Positions 46,672-56,403 of a stretch of DNA of 64,000 nucleotides are shown here, in pieces (the stretch's first letter is position 1; each line of letters begins with the position of its first letter). The stretch comes from Minisyncoccia bacterium (lineage in GTDB: Bacteria > Patescibacteriota > Minisyncoccia > Phycocordibacterales > UBA5272). The stretch lies in assembly GCA_038256975.1 (NCBI GenBank), contig JBBSJU010000002.1, forward strand, positions 65,064 through 129,063, read 5' to 3'. The position numbers and the translations under genes are program-made. The notes under the pieces are model-generated. The model had not been told where the DNA came from. It worked only from the letters and a program-made list of their open reading frames with translations, and did not search any database.

Positions 46672-47130
46672 TTATGTATTTCCTAAATCAATGATTCGAT
46701 TAAAATGAGCAGAGCTTACTGATTGAATTGAAAGTCGAGACCCTTTCCGCGCCAACATGATTCCTGCTAACTTGTGGTCCCTCTTTATTTCTTCCAATGA
46801 TACTGCTCGTGCAAGTTTTTTGACGAATGCAAAATCTACACATTCCCAGATAGGTTTTTCTTTTGTTGATTTTGAATCAAAGTGTTCATCCTTGGGATTA
46901 AGAGCACTTGCATCTGGGTGTGACTTGCTTACCACTTTTGCTATGCCGTAGACTCCTGTAAGTTTGGTGCTTGAGTGATAAAAGAGGGCTAAATCCCCCA
47001 CTTTCATTTGATCTCGCATATAGTTGCGGGCTTGGTAGTTTCGCACGCCGTTCCAAGGGGTTTTCTTGTCTTTCTTAAGATCGTCTATGGAATAGCAATC
47101 AGGTTCGCTTTTGATAAGCCAGTGGTTCAT
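46672..47130 (-). CDS. EVE domain protein
   Basis: WLIKSEP, WNGVRNYQARN, GD.ALFYHS, RLSIQ. Confidence 0.92.
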   Translation of the reverse strand: MNHWLIKSEPDCYSIDDLKKDKKTPWNGVRNYQARNYMRDQMKVGDLALFYHSSTKLTGVYGIAKVVSKSHPDASALNPKDEHFDSKSTKEKPIWECVDFAFVKKLARAVSLEEIKRDHKLAGIMLARKGSRLSIQSVSSAHFNRIIDLGNT

Positions 47131-47221
47131 AGAGTATTTGACAATCATATCATTGAGGGTTGCCTATTGACGCACTATGATTATGATTTGACAGAGCAAT
47201 TAATTAATGTAATATGATATC

Positions 47222-47540
47222 CAGCTAGTTGATGGGTAAACATTCTTGGTGCAGATGCTTGGTCAGAAGATCGAGAGTAGCTGCGAGTTCAGGGGAAGTC
47301 ACAATGGACTCCTCACAACTCAGCCAGTCGTAGAGGTTTACTATCGAAGTTGGCGGAATCCGCTTCGGAGTGGGATGAAGTAGGTGTTTAAGGTTTGCCC
47401 CATGCAGCCTAAGACGCCGAAATAACATTTGGAGGAAACATGCACCGGGCTTGCGCACTTTGTCGCTTGGCGGGAATTGTTAACATTCGCCCTGATACTA
47501 GCTGCTCCACGCCGCCGTGCTCACACTCGGCGGATTTTCA
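47222..47540 (+). ncRNA. candidate ncRNA unit 1
   Basis: TTGACA 47188 / TAATAT 47210; closing stem cagctagt/actagctg; terminator ccgccg/cggcgg plus T tract. Confidence 0.55.
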
Positions 47541-47589
47541 TTTTCCGAGAATGTTGACAGTTTGTTATGCATGATGTACTCTAATCTTT

Positions 47590-47855
47590 GGTTGATTCAG
47601 GTAGAGCATTCGCACTATTGCCCGGGGGCAATACGTTTAGTTAAGTCGTGTTCATACCGATTCGAATGGGATGTATACACCATGGTCGATAGAGCGGTTG
47701 AGATCCCTCTGGGCTTTCCTGCAAATATCCCATGAGACCAGCGTGCGCGCGAAGTTGCGCTGCAAAGGTTTGTGTCCATTCACCTGAATCAACCTTCTTT
47801 TCTTTGGTAGTGGGAACTGCCTTGCCTCGCTGCTGACCACAGCGAGGCTTTTTTA
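47590..47855 (+). ncRNA. candidate ncRNA unit 2
   Basis: TTGACA-17-TACTCT; 13-bp closing stem ggttgattcaggt/acctgaatcaacc; terminator gcctcgctg/cagcgaggc plus T6. Confidence 0.6.
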
Positions 47856-47891
47856 TTGACGTAAAAGAAAAAAGTCGATAGTATATGACTA

Positions 47892-48066
47892 TTCAGGCAG
47901 AGCATGTGGTTGAAGTAGCGCGCGTACCTCCCCCGGTTCGCCACGTATTCCCCACATGGAACCCTTGTGAAGATTATCAGGGGTTCGCCTGAACCTCATC
48001 TTGCATACTATTGATGGCCTTATCTTCCTCGGGTCATCCCCGCCCGAATCAGGGCGGTTTTTTATT
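47892..48066 (+). ncRNA. candidate ncRNA unit 3
   Basis: TTGACG-17-TAGTAT; closing stem ttcaggc/gcctgaa; terminator ccgccc/gggcgg plus T6. Confidence 0.6.
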
Positions 48067-48081
48067 GTATTGTGAAATCTT

Positions 48082-48483
48082 TTAGAGTGTAAACAGTAAT
48101 TCAAAGTTAGTTTTAATTCCCGCTTCTTCGGCAGTGCCTTCGTCCACACTTCTTTTCTTGAGAATCATTTTTCCATTTTCTTTAAATACACCAATTTCAG
48201 TTCCGCCTCCTGCCCACCAGCAAAGAATTCCAGATAATTCTCCAGCTTCAAGTTCTGTGGGTTGTACAGAAGCACAGGTTCCATCATGCGTACCCGCATC
48301 AGAGTCTTTTCCATTGACACTAACGGTTACTTTTGTTTGCGGAGGATTCACTCCTTCGGCTTCTTTTGTTTCAAATGACCAGGTAATTGCAATAGGTGCG
48401 GGGTTTTGTTTTTGTTGATAATTGAAGCATAAATAAATACTTGCGATGACAACTAGGAGAATGACGGTTGCTTGTTTGTACAT
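48082..48483 (-). CDS. exported hypothetical protein
   Basis: N-terminal TM/signal; C...CWWAGGG motif. Confidence 0.75.
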   Translation of the reverse strand: MYKQATVILLVVIASIYLCFNYQQKQNPAPIAITWSFETKEAEGVNPPQTKVTVSVNGKDSDAGTHDGTCASVQPTELEAGELSGILCWWAGGGTEIGVFKENGKMILKKRSVDEGTAEEAGIKTNFELLFTL

Positions 48484-48584
48484 ATACTAAACTATAGCGT
48501 AGTTGGGTCGATAAGGTAAAGAAATAAATATAAAAACTCGCGGCCACTGTGGACCGCGAGCACACTCACCCCGAAAAGGAGGCC

Positions 48585-48989
48585 TTATTCGAGTTTTTTG
48601 TAATCTTGGCACTGTACATACAACTCATCGCAACGTGCCAAAATTCGAAGAAACGTCGGGTCTTCTCGAAGTCCCGACAGAATGCGGATAACTGGGACCA
48701 TCAAGGGTGGTCCATGAGAAATTTCCAGCTCCGCAAAATCGTCCGTTGACATCTGTTTTTTTCGATGGATGCCGACTGAAGTAGTCAGGCCATCCTTCAT
48801 CCAGCGAATACTCCCTGTTTCGCTAAATGACCCCATGAATAGGGCGTTAGGCACTTTCAGGGACAGCCTTCCAACCAACTCTAGAAACAACGCATTAGGT
48901 ATCTCGTGGGCGTTCACTATTAGCTCCTTCTCACCCCAAGCCAATCTTGGGTACAGGAGTAACATACCACATATATATGCACAGGTCAA
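48585..48989 (-). CDS. hypothetical protein (start uncertain)
   Basis: ORF with internal AAGGAG before GTG; hairpin ctcgcggcc/ggaccgcgag downstream. Confidence 0.5.
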   Translation of the reverse strand: MTCAYICGMLLLYPRLAWGEKELIVNAHEIPNALFLELVGRLSLKVPNALFMGSFSETGSIRWMKDGLTTSVGIHRKKQMSTDDFAELEISHGPPLMVPVIRILSGLREDPTFLRILARCDELYVQCQDYKKLE

Positions 48990-49012
48990 TAGTCACTTGA
49001 TTTTGGTCTGGT

Positions 49013-49927
49013 TTAGATAATTTTAGTCACTCGTCCACTCACCTTTGGAAATTCACCTTGAGTATTGTTGCATTCTTTGCAGTACACCATGCCATCATAT
49101 TTTGAAATACAATCATCACAACAAATAAATTGAAGATGACATTCATCGTCGGCACAGTTCTCTACTCGTTCAGTAGTGTTTAAACAGATTGAGCACTTCC
49201 CTATTACGTCGCGTTCACCAGGCTTACAAAAATCCATTTTCTTTCGTTTATCAAATACATATAGAGTTCCTTCAAAATCTTTTCCAGGATACTTTTCCAT
49301 GTAGCTTACAATTCCACCATCTAGTTGGTAGACATCTTTAAAACCCTGCGTCTTTAAATATTGAGATGCTTTTTCACATCGTACACCGCCAGTACATACC
49401 GTAAGCACGGTTTCATTTTTATGGACTTTTAATTTTTCAAGTGATGCAGGTAAATCACGAAAGTTCATCGTTTCTGGATCAACAGAATCTTTGAATGTTC
49501 CAACGCCAATCTCGTATGAATTACGCATGTCTATAACCTTGAAACTTTTTCCTTCACGATACCAAGTATGTAATTCTTCTGGTTTGAGATGTGTCGCGGT
49601 TTCTTTTTGAGGGTTAAGTTCTACGTCGGTAATTTTAGTGGTTACTATTTCTGGGCGTACTTTTATAGAAAGGCGCGGAAAGGTGTCTTCTGGACCGGAG
49701 CTCTTTTTCCAATGAATATCGGTAAAATGTGGAATCTTTTTCATCTCCTCGATGTACTGCTCCGTTGCTTCTTTGGTCCCGCCTACGGTACCATTTATGC
49801 CTTCGTGCGCGACAATGATACGTCCTTTCAGGTTAAGGCGTTCACAAAGCTCTCTCTGGGCATTTTTAAGAGCCTCAGGATCAGTGATGGTTGCGTATTT
49901 GTAATACAGTAAAATTTGGAAATCCAT
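49013..49927 (-). CDS. trhO: tRNA uridine(34) hydroxylase / rhodanese-related protein (YceA family)
   Basis: EGINGT, DMRNSYE..G.F, CTGGVRCEKAS, LDGGI..Y, YVFD.R. Confidence 0.88.
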   Translation of the reverse strand: MDFQILLYYKYATITDPEALKNAQRELCERLNLKGRIIVAHEGINGTVGGTKEATEQYIEEMKKIPHFTDIHWKKSSGPEDTFPRLSIKVRPEIVTTKITDVELNPQKETATHLKPEELHTWYREGKSFKVIDMRNSYEIGVGTFKDSVDPETMNFRDLPASLEKLKVHKNETVLTVCTGGVRCEKASQYLKTQGFKDVYQLDGGIVSYMEKYPGKDFEGTLYVFDKRKKMDFCKPGERDVIGKCSICLNTTERVENCADDECHLQFICCDDCISKYDGMVYCKECNNTQGEFPKVSGRVTKII

Positions 49928-49999
49928 ATCAACAGCTTATCCAGAAATATAGCAAAAAAGTAAAAATTGCCCAAAAATGGGTGTGCTAGTATTGGATAC

Positions 50000-51370
50000 A
50001 TGCGAGGCACTACTCCGTTTGTTGATAGAATTCCACCACAAGATTTGGAGGCTGAAAAAGCGTTACTTGGTTCTATTATGCTTCGACCGGATGTGGTGTT
50101 TGATGTGCTCGATAGTGTTGAAGCGGAATCTTTTTATTCTGAACGTCACCGTGTTATTTTCAAAGCGATGTTTGAGCTTGCATCTAAGCGTGAACCAATT
50201 GATCTCCTTACAGTGACTACAAAACTTCGCGAGCAAAAAGAACTTGAAGGCATTGGCGGTACTCCATACGTAAGCGAACTTTTAAATACCGTTCCTTCAG
50301 CTACAAATGTGGATTATTATGCTGAGATTGTTCGCAAGAAGGCAGTTTTGAGAAACCTTATCAATGCTTCTCATCATATTGGCGAACTCGCCTACAGTGA
50401 AGAAAAACAACTTGAGCATGTACTTGAAGAAGCCGAGAAGCGAATGTACAACATTACAAATATTTCCAAGGGTCAGAAGTTGGAAAAAATTGAAGATCTT
50501 CTTGATGACGCATGGGATCGCTTTGAGAAACTTCAACAATCAGGACAACAAACACGTGGCGTACCAACAGGGTTTGCTGAAATTGATAATAAGCTTTCTG
50601 GTTTTCAAAAAGCAGACTTAATTATTCTTGCCGCTCGCCCTTCCGTTGGTAAAACCTCTCTTGCGCTCGACTTTGCCCGACATGCTGCGGTAAAAGAAAA
50701 TATCCCCGTGGCCATCTTTTCGTTAGAAATGAGCAAACAGCAACTTGTTGATCGTATGGTCTCTGCGGAGTCGCACGTAGACTCATGGAAGTTGCGCACA
50801 GGCCGTCTTTCTTTGGATGAAGACTTTACACGGCTCCAAGAAGCGATTGCTCGTCTTGCGAAGGCTCCTATCACTATTGATGATCAGGCTGGTAACTCTA
50901 TTATGCGCATGCGAAGCGTGATGCGGAGATATAATTCTCAACACCCCGATGCCCCTATTGGACTTGTTGTTGTGGACTACTTACAGCTTATGACGACTGC
51001 TAAAAATTACGATAACTTAGTAAATCAGGTTACGGAAATTTCTCGATCATTGAAAGGCTTAGCGAAAGAGTTTGATGTGCCTGTGATTGCCCTCTCACAG
51101 CTTTCTCGTGCTGTAGAAGCTCGTGGTGGTAAACCTCGACTCTCTGACCTTCGTGATTCTGGTTCCATTGAACAAGATGCTGACGTTGTTGCCTTTATTC
51201 ACCGTGAAGACAAGTATCAAGATAACCCAGAAAAGCCAAACATCGTGGAAATTTTAATTGAAAAACATCGAAATGGTCCAACAGGAAAAGTTGAATTATA
51301 CTTCGATGATAAGAAGACAAGTTTCTTGAGTATAGAAAAAAGCGACTTCACTGCGGGTGCTTCATTTTAA
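50000..51370 (+). CDS. dnaB: replicative DNA helicase
   Basis: PPQDLEAE, AARPSVGKT, FSLEM, VDYLQLM, SQLSR, LRDSGSIEQDAD. Confidence 0.97.
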   Translation: MRGTTPFVDRIPPQDLEAEKALLGSIMLRPDVVFDVLDSVEAESFYSERHRVIFKAMFELASKREPIDLLTVTTKLREQKELEGIGGTPYVSELLNTVPSATNVDYYAEIVRKKAVLRNLINASHHIGELAYSEEKQLEHVLEEAEKRMYNITNISKGQKLEKIEDLLDDAWDRFEKLQQSGQQTRGVPTGFAEIDNKLSGFQKADLIILAARPSVGKTSLALDFARHAAVKENIPVAIFSLEMSKQQLVDRMVSAESHVDSWKLRTGRLSLDEDFTRLQEAIARLAKAPITIDDQAGNSIMRMRSVMRRYNSQHPDAPIGLVVVDYLQLMTTAKNYDNLVNQVTEISRSLKGLAKEFDVPVIALSQLSRAVEARGGKPRLSDLRDSGSIEQDADVVAFIHREDKYQDNPEKPNIVEILIEKHRNGPTGKVELYFDDKKTSFLSIEKSDFTAGASF

Positions 51371-51373
51371 TCT

Positions 51374-51982
51374 ATGGATCCTATTGAAAAATTATCAGAA
51401 GAGTTCACAAAGTTTCCTGGTATTGGGCCACGTCAAGCGCGACGTTTTGCCTACTATATTCTGTCACAATCAAAAGAGTCTCATGAATCTATTGTCAGCG
51501 CTATGAGTGTATTACGAAGAGATGTTGCGCAATGCCCATCGTGCTTCGTGTATTTTACTCGGCGTAATAATGAGGCCGAGTGTTCTGAATGTCGAGATCC
51601 TCGGAGGAATAAAACTACGCTACTTGTTGTTGAAAAGGACATTGATTTACAGACCATTGAAAAAAGTCGAGTTTATGACGGCCTTTATTTTGTACTCGGT
51701 GGGAGTGTCCCATTACACGAACAAACTCCATCATCAAAGGTTCGTATTCAAGAGTTAGTTCGTCGGGTTAAAAAACTTGCTGAAACTGGTTTGCAAGAAG
51801 TTGTTGTTGCTCTCGCTGCAACACAAGAAGGTGACCACACATACAAGTATATTCAAACCATTCTTGGGCAATTAGTCCCAGCTATCAAAGTGAGCATTCT
51901 TGGACGAGGACTTTCTACTGGTACGGAGATAGAGTATGCCGATCCGAGTACCCTTTCACAAGCTCTCTCAAATAGAAAATAA
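51374..51982 (+). CDS. recR: recombination mediator RecR
   Basis: PGIGPRQARR, C4 zinc finger, YFVLGG, EYAD..TL..AL. Confidence 0.95.
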   Translation: MDPIEKLSEEFTKFPGIGPRQARRFAYYILSQSKESHESIVSAMSVLRRDVAQCPSCFVYFTRRNNEAECSECRDPRRNKTTLLVVEKDIDLQTIEKSRVYDGLYFVLGGSVPLHEQTPSSKVRIQELVRRVKKLAETGLQEVVVALAATQEGDHTYKYIQTILGQLVPAIKVSILGRGLSTGTEIEYADPSTLSQALSNRK

Positions 51983-52008
51983 AAATCCCGCAAGCTGCGG
52001 GATTTTTA
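51982..52008. terminator. bidirectional terminator
   Basis: aaaaatcccgca/tgcgggattttt. Confidence 0.8.
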
Positions 52009-52323
52009 TTATTTGATTGAGTCAATTTTTACTTTTACGAAAAGTTGTCGATGACCATTCTTCTTTTGGTATCGGCTTTTAGCTCGATATTTTAAAACGA
52101 TAACTTTGTCAGCTCGCCCAATTTCCTCTACCGTTGCTTCAACCTTTGCTCCCTTCACGTACGGCGCGCCAATAGCTGTAGTAGATCCGTCTACGAGAAG
52201 TACTTTGTCAAAAGTTACTTTATCCCCCACTTTTTGGGTATCTGAAAGCTTCTCAATTTTAATAGAGGTGCCTGGGGCAACCTTGTATTGCTTTCCGCCT
52301 GTTTCGATTACTGCAATTTCCAT
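52009..52323 (-). CDS. rplU: 50S ribosomal protein L21
   Basis: AVIETGGKQYKV, GAPYV, GHRQ. Confidence 0.97.
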   Translation of the reverse strand: MEIAVIETGGKQYKVAPGTSIKIEKLSDTQKVGDKVTFDKVLLVDGSTTAIGAPYVKGAKVEATVEEIGRADKVIVLKYRAKSRYQKKNGHRQLFVKVKIDSIK

Positions 52324-52428
52324 AAGTACCTATAATACCTTATTTTTTGCCTTTTGCAAGAGTTCTTGCCTTTGACAAAAGCCTGTCGATTTGTAGTAAT
52401 TAGAGTATTGCAGACAGAGGGGAATTTC

Positions 52429-52938
52429 ATGGAGACAAAACAAAAGAGTCTTCTCGTTCTGGACTTTCAAAACTTGTGGCGAACTATGGGCAAGAAGCTA
52501 CCGCTTGCTGAGGTAAGGAATAAAATTGAGGCCAAGCAGCATGCGCACGTCTCAATGGCAACAATCTTTCTCGCTCAGTATTTCGTAGCGGAGAGAGGTA
52601 GTGTTTGGGAGAGAAAGCTTTACGAAGATGCTGAACGGTTTGGTTTTGAGGTGAGGGTTGTTCCTCGTCCTTCTGTTTGTCAGGAAATGGATTTTGTTGA
52701 TATTGCAATAATGGATTATTGCAGACAGAAAGCGCCGGAAATCAAGTCTTTGATTATTGGGACGGGTGATGGAGACTTTAAACCAATTTTCATTGACCTG
52801 CGCGCACGCGGGATTGAAGTTTCATTGGCGTATTACGATATGCCCAGCATCAATCTTTTACGAGTTGCAAGCCATCATTTTCAGCTTAAGGCTGGATGCA
52901 TGTGTCAAAATAGGAAGCGTTTTTTGTCTGGACGTTAA
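52429..52938 (+). CDS. NYN (LabA/DUF88) domain protein
   Basis: VLDFQNL, VDIAI, GTGDGDFKP, RGIEV. Confidence 0.8.
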   Translation: METKQKSLLVLDFQNLWRTMGKKLPLAEVRNKIEAKQHAHVSMATIFLAQYFVAERGSVWERKLYEDAERFGFEVRVVPRPSVCQEMDFVDIAIMDYCRQKAPEIKSLIIGTGDGDFKPIFIDLRARGIEVSLAYYDMPSINLLRVASHHFQLKAGCMCQNRKRFLSGR

Positions 52939-52968
52939 CGCGTCGCCCCAACCTAGGGCGACGCGTTA
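52936..52968. terminator. terminator hairpin
   Basis: taacgcgtcgccc/gggcgacgcgtta. Confidence 0.8.
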
Positions 52969-53625
52969 TTTTTTTGAGCTATTTTTCCACTCTTCTATTT
53001 TTTTATGATCACCTGAAAGAAGAACATCTGGGACTTTGTATTTTTTATTTTTCCAAACAAATGTTTCTGGTCGAGTGTATGTTTCGTGAGCTGATATTCT
53101 ATTTTCTTCAGGTGAAAGATTATTACCAAGAACGCCGTCTATATGGCGTGATACGGCATCAATTACAATCATCGCAGGTAACTCCCCTCCCGTGAGTACA
53201 TATTCACCAATACTCCACTCCTCTGCTTTGAGAATCTTTTTTACTCGAGCATCAACACCTTCATATCTACCGCAAATAAGAATAATGTCAGTTATTTTTT
53301 TTGTGATAAGTTCACGAGCAATAGTATTTGTGAATTGTGTTCCTCCAGGTGAAAAAATAATTGTTTTAACTTTTGTCTTTTTGTAGCGAACAATCTTTTT
53401 TTGTATTTTTTCGACTGCACGCAAAATAGGATCCGGCGTCATCACCATTCCGGGTCCTCCGCCATACGGCCTGTCGTCTACTCGTTTCCACTTGTCCTTA
53501 CTTTCAGCGCGGGGATTATAAAAGAACCACGACACTTTTTTTGCTTCCTTTGCACGCTTTAAAATTGAGTCGGAAAGGTACGACTCAAACATGTTGGGAA
53601 AAAGGGTTATAACGTGAAAACGCAT
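52966..53625 (-). CDS. trmD: tRNA (guanine37-N1)-methyltransferase
   Basis: VDDRPYGGGPGMVM, CGRYEGVDAR, SIGEYVLTGGE, YTRP, LLSGDH. Confidence 0.96.
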   Translation of the reverse strand: MRFHVITLFPNMFESYLSDSILKRAKEAKKVSWFFYNPRAESKDKWKRVDDRPYGGGPGMVMTPDPILRAVEKIQKKIVRYKKTKVKTIIFSPGGTQFTNTIARELITKKITDIILICGRYEGVDARVKKILKAEEWSIGEYVLTGGELPAMIVIDAVSRHIDGVLGNNLSPEENRISAHETYTRPETFVWKNKKYKVPDVLLSGDHKKIEEWKNSSKK

Positions 53626-53677
53626 ATATTTCCCTACTATACACAAAAACCACCTTTTTGTGGTGGTTTTTGAGGGT

Positions 53678-54001
53678 TTAAAGGCCTTTAATTTCTTGCA
53701 TTACCTGCTCTACCGTGGGTACTTCTGGAGTTGTTTGTTTGGCTACCGTTCTTTCGCTTCCAGCCGGCTCGTTAATCTTAAGGTTTACTCGCGCGTTGTT
53801 TTTCATTCCAACGACTCGGAGAATGGTACGCAACGCTTTCGCTGTTGCCCCTTCTTTTCCAATGACCTTGCCCATATCAGCAGGATTGATATCAAGAGTA
53901 AGGAGTACTCCCATCTCATCAACTTTTCGAGCTACTTGTACATCATCCGGATTGTCTACTAATGCCTTTACTACCGTTTCGAGAAATACTTTGTCTTCCA
54001 T
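53678..54001 (-). CDS. khpA: KH-domain RNA-binding protein
   Basis: KALVDNP, DMGKVIGKEG.TA.ALR; in rpsP-KH-trmD order. Confidence 0.88.
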   Translation of the reverse strand: MEDKVFLETVVKALVDNPDDVQVARKVDEMGVLLTLDINPADMGKVIGKEGATAKALRTILRVVGMKNNARVNLKINEPAGSERTVAKQTTPEVPTVEQVMQEIKGL

Positions 54002-54115
54002 AGGGTTGTGTATGTTATAGAGCGTTTGTAAGCACGCGCTTACGCAGTACATAATATCTTGCTCACGTGCTTTGGTCAAACAAAAACATCTGCGCGAGGC
54101 AGATGTTCTGGAGAT

Positions 54116-54406
54116 TTATTTTTTCTTAACTTCTTTTTTCTTTGAAGGGAGAAGGTTTCGCTTTTTACCTTCGATAACACCCTTGTTTATAAGGAGATTA
54201 AATACAGTATCAGATGGTTTTGCACCAACAGAAAGCCAGTGTTTTACTCGTTCTACATTTGGATTAAACACGCCCATTTTAACATTGTATGTTCCAACGG
54301 TTTCCACCGCCTTTCCTGACTGAGCTGCGTTCTTTGAGTCAGTTGCAACAAGCCGAAAGTGCGGGTCGTTTTTTCGTCCTATTCTTTGAAGTCTTAGTGT
54401 AAGCAT
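54116..54406 (-). CDS. rpsP: 30S ribosomal protein S16
   Basis: LRLQRIGRKNDPHFRLV, WLSVGAKPSDTV. Confidence 0.96.
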   Translation of the reverse strand: MLTLRLQRIGRKNDPHFRLVATDSKNAAQSGKAVETVGTYNVKMGVFNPNVERVKHWLSVGAKPSDTVFNLLINKGVIEGKKRNLLPSKKKEVKKK

Positions 54407-54428
54407 GGGTTATAAAATACCTGAAAAT

Positions 54429-56381
54429 TTACTTTGAGTCAATAACACGAGCGTAATCAATAAGGCGCTCCTCGATATTTACCCCCTTGACCTGAATCTT
54501 CATTTCATCACCTAATTTAAAGATTTGTCCACTATTCTCTCCATAAATGAGGTCTTTCTTTTCATCATACATGTAAAAATCAGACCCAAGATCACGGAGC
54601 TTTATCATTCCCTCGCATTTTGTGGCAGAATCCTCAACGTAGATTCCCCATTGTGACACACCAGAGACAACCCCATTGAATGTCTGACCTATACGGACTG
54701 ACATATAGAGTACCTGCATGTATTTTACAGAACCTCGTTCAGCATCAGCAGCCTCTTTTTCTCGGAATGAACAATGTGCACAAAGTTCTTCGTAGAATTT
54801 TTTAGCCGAAGCTTGGGTACGTTCGCCTGCTAAATATACCGCAAGAAGTCGATGCGCCATAGTGTCTGGATAGCGACGAATGGGCGAAGTAAAGTGTGAG
54901 TAAAAATCAAATGCAAGCCCATAGTGACCGACATTATCGGTACTATATATCGCTTTCTGCATTGCTCGAGTTACATATACCTGCAAGAGTCCACCCTCTT
55001 TTGTTCCTTCAAGCGAAGAAAGAATTTTATTTATATCTTTTGATGGCACAAGGCCGTTGGTGAAATTAATAGGATGCCCGGCATTCCGTAAAATATTAGC
55101 AAGCTTGAGCATACGATCTTCGTCTGGCTCTGGATGGACGCGGTATATGAAAGTATGTTCTTGTGGGTTTGGAAGATTTGAAACGTATGTTGCAACACCT
55201 TTGTTTGCAGAGAGCATCCATTCTTCAATCATTTTATGTGTGTCACCGCGAACTTTTTTATAAACAGAAACAGGAAATCCTTTATCATCAAGTTTGAATT
55301 TCACCTCTTCTGTCTCAAGTGAAAGAGCTCCATTTTCAAAACGACGTTTTTGGATTTTTTTCGCTAAAACATTCAGCGTATTGAGTGCTTCATAATGAAG
55401 TCCACCGCCGGCATCTAAAATTTCCTGCGCTTCTTCATAGGAGAATCTTTTTTGAGAATGAATCACTGATCGCCCAAACCAGCTTCCCACCATTTCCGCA
55501 TTTTCATTTACCTCAAAGACTGCGCTAAACGTAAGACGATCTTTTCCTTCTACTAAACTACAAAGATTATTTGAGAGCACTTCAGGAAGCATGGGAATGA
55601 CACGGTCTACAAGATACACCGATGTTGCACGAAGTTTTGCTTCTTTATCGAGTGCAGTACCTTCGCGGACATAGTGGGACACGTCGGCGATATGAACTCC
55701 TACTTCATAATTTCCATTTGGAAGTTTTTGGAATGAAAGTGCATCGTCAAAGTCTTTTGCATCAAATGGGTCTATGGTGCAGGTCAGTACATTTCTAAAA
55801 TCTCTTCGATCCTTGAGGTCTTCTTCAGTGATACCTTTTTCTTCAATTTGTCGTGCTTCTTCCTCTACGTCTATAGGAAAACTAGTGTTAAAACCTCGCT
55901 CAAGCGCGTATGCCGAGACTTCAGCGTCGTTGTTGCCCGGTTTACCTAAGACAGTGTGTATTGCTCCCCACGGGCTTTTTTTAGAGTCAGTCCACTCAGT
56001 GATTTTTGCGAATACTTTTTGCCCCGCCTCCGCACCATTGAGCGCAGATTCTGGAATCATGATTTCCGTGTACATTTTTGCATCCTGGGCTTTTACAAAG
56101 TACACCCCTTTTTCTTTGAAAAGAGTCCCTGCAAAACCATGTTTGCTTCTACGAATAACCTCAAGTACTTCTCCGACAAATTGCCCAAACTTATTCTTAC
56201 CTGTTATTTTTACTCGTACTGCATCACCGTGAAGGGCTGTGTTGAGATCGTGTTGCGGTATTTCAACACTTTGTTCAAGGGTGAGCACTTTTACAAACCC
56301 AAAACCTTTTGTATTGATCCCAATTGTTCCTTCGAGTTCATCGCCGTATTGTGGAGTGATGAATGATTGTGTTTTGGCCAT
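54429..56381 (-). CDS. rnr: ribonuclease R
   Basis: TIDPFDAKDFDDALS, HIADVS, HFTSPIRRYPD, C-terminal S1. Confidence 0.95.
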   Translation of the reverse strand: MAKTQSFITPQYGDELEGTIGINTKGFGFVKVLTLEQSVEIPQHDLNTALHGDAVRVKITGKNKFGQFVGEVLEVIRRSKHGFAGTLFKEKGVYFVKAQDAKMYTEIMIPESALNGAEAGQKVFAKITEWTDSKKSPWGAIHTVLGKPGNNDAEVSAYALERGFNTSFPIDVEEEARQIEEKGITEEDLKDRRDFRNVLTCTIDPFDAKDFDDALSFQKLPNGNYEVGVHIADVSHYVREGTALDKEAKLRATSVYLVDRVIPMLPEVLSNNLCSLVEGKDRLTFSAVFEVNENAEMVGSWFGRSVIHSQKRFSYEEAQEILDAGGGLHYEALNTLNVLAKKIQKRRFENGALSLETEEVKFKLDDKGFPVSVYKKVRGDTHKMIEEWMLSANKGVATYVSNLPNPQEHTFIYRVHPEPDEDRMLKLANILRNAGHPINFTNGLVPSKDINKILSSLEGTKEGGLLQVYVTRAMQKAIYSTDNVGHYGLAFDFYSHFTSPIRRYPDTMAHRLLAVYLAGERTQASAKKFYEELCAHCSFREKEAADAERGSVKYMQVLYMSVRIGQTFNGVVSGVSQWGIYVEDSATKCEGMIKLRDLGSDFYMYDEKKDLIYGENSGQIFKLGDEMKIQVKGVNIEERLIDYARVIDSK

Positions 56382-56403
56382 AATTACCCCTTAGTATACC
56401 TGA

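Noticed and set aside
47188-48066. tmRNA, RNase P, SRP, tRNA or Y-RNA identity for the three units
   Set aside because: No GGGG..GATTCGAC, GAGGAAAGTCC or SRP GGAA loop motif. GGTAGAGCA and GTTCG resemble tRNA D and T loops, but no cloverleaf forms
47225-48149. Short ORFs in the track (47225..47458, 47517..47735, 47652..47840, 47889..48149)
   Set aside because: No clear SD or family motifs; most cross promoter or terminator boundaries or run antisense to them, and structure explains the region better. Tiny peptides cannot be fully excluded
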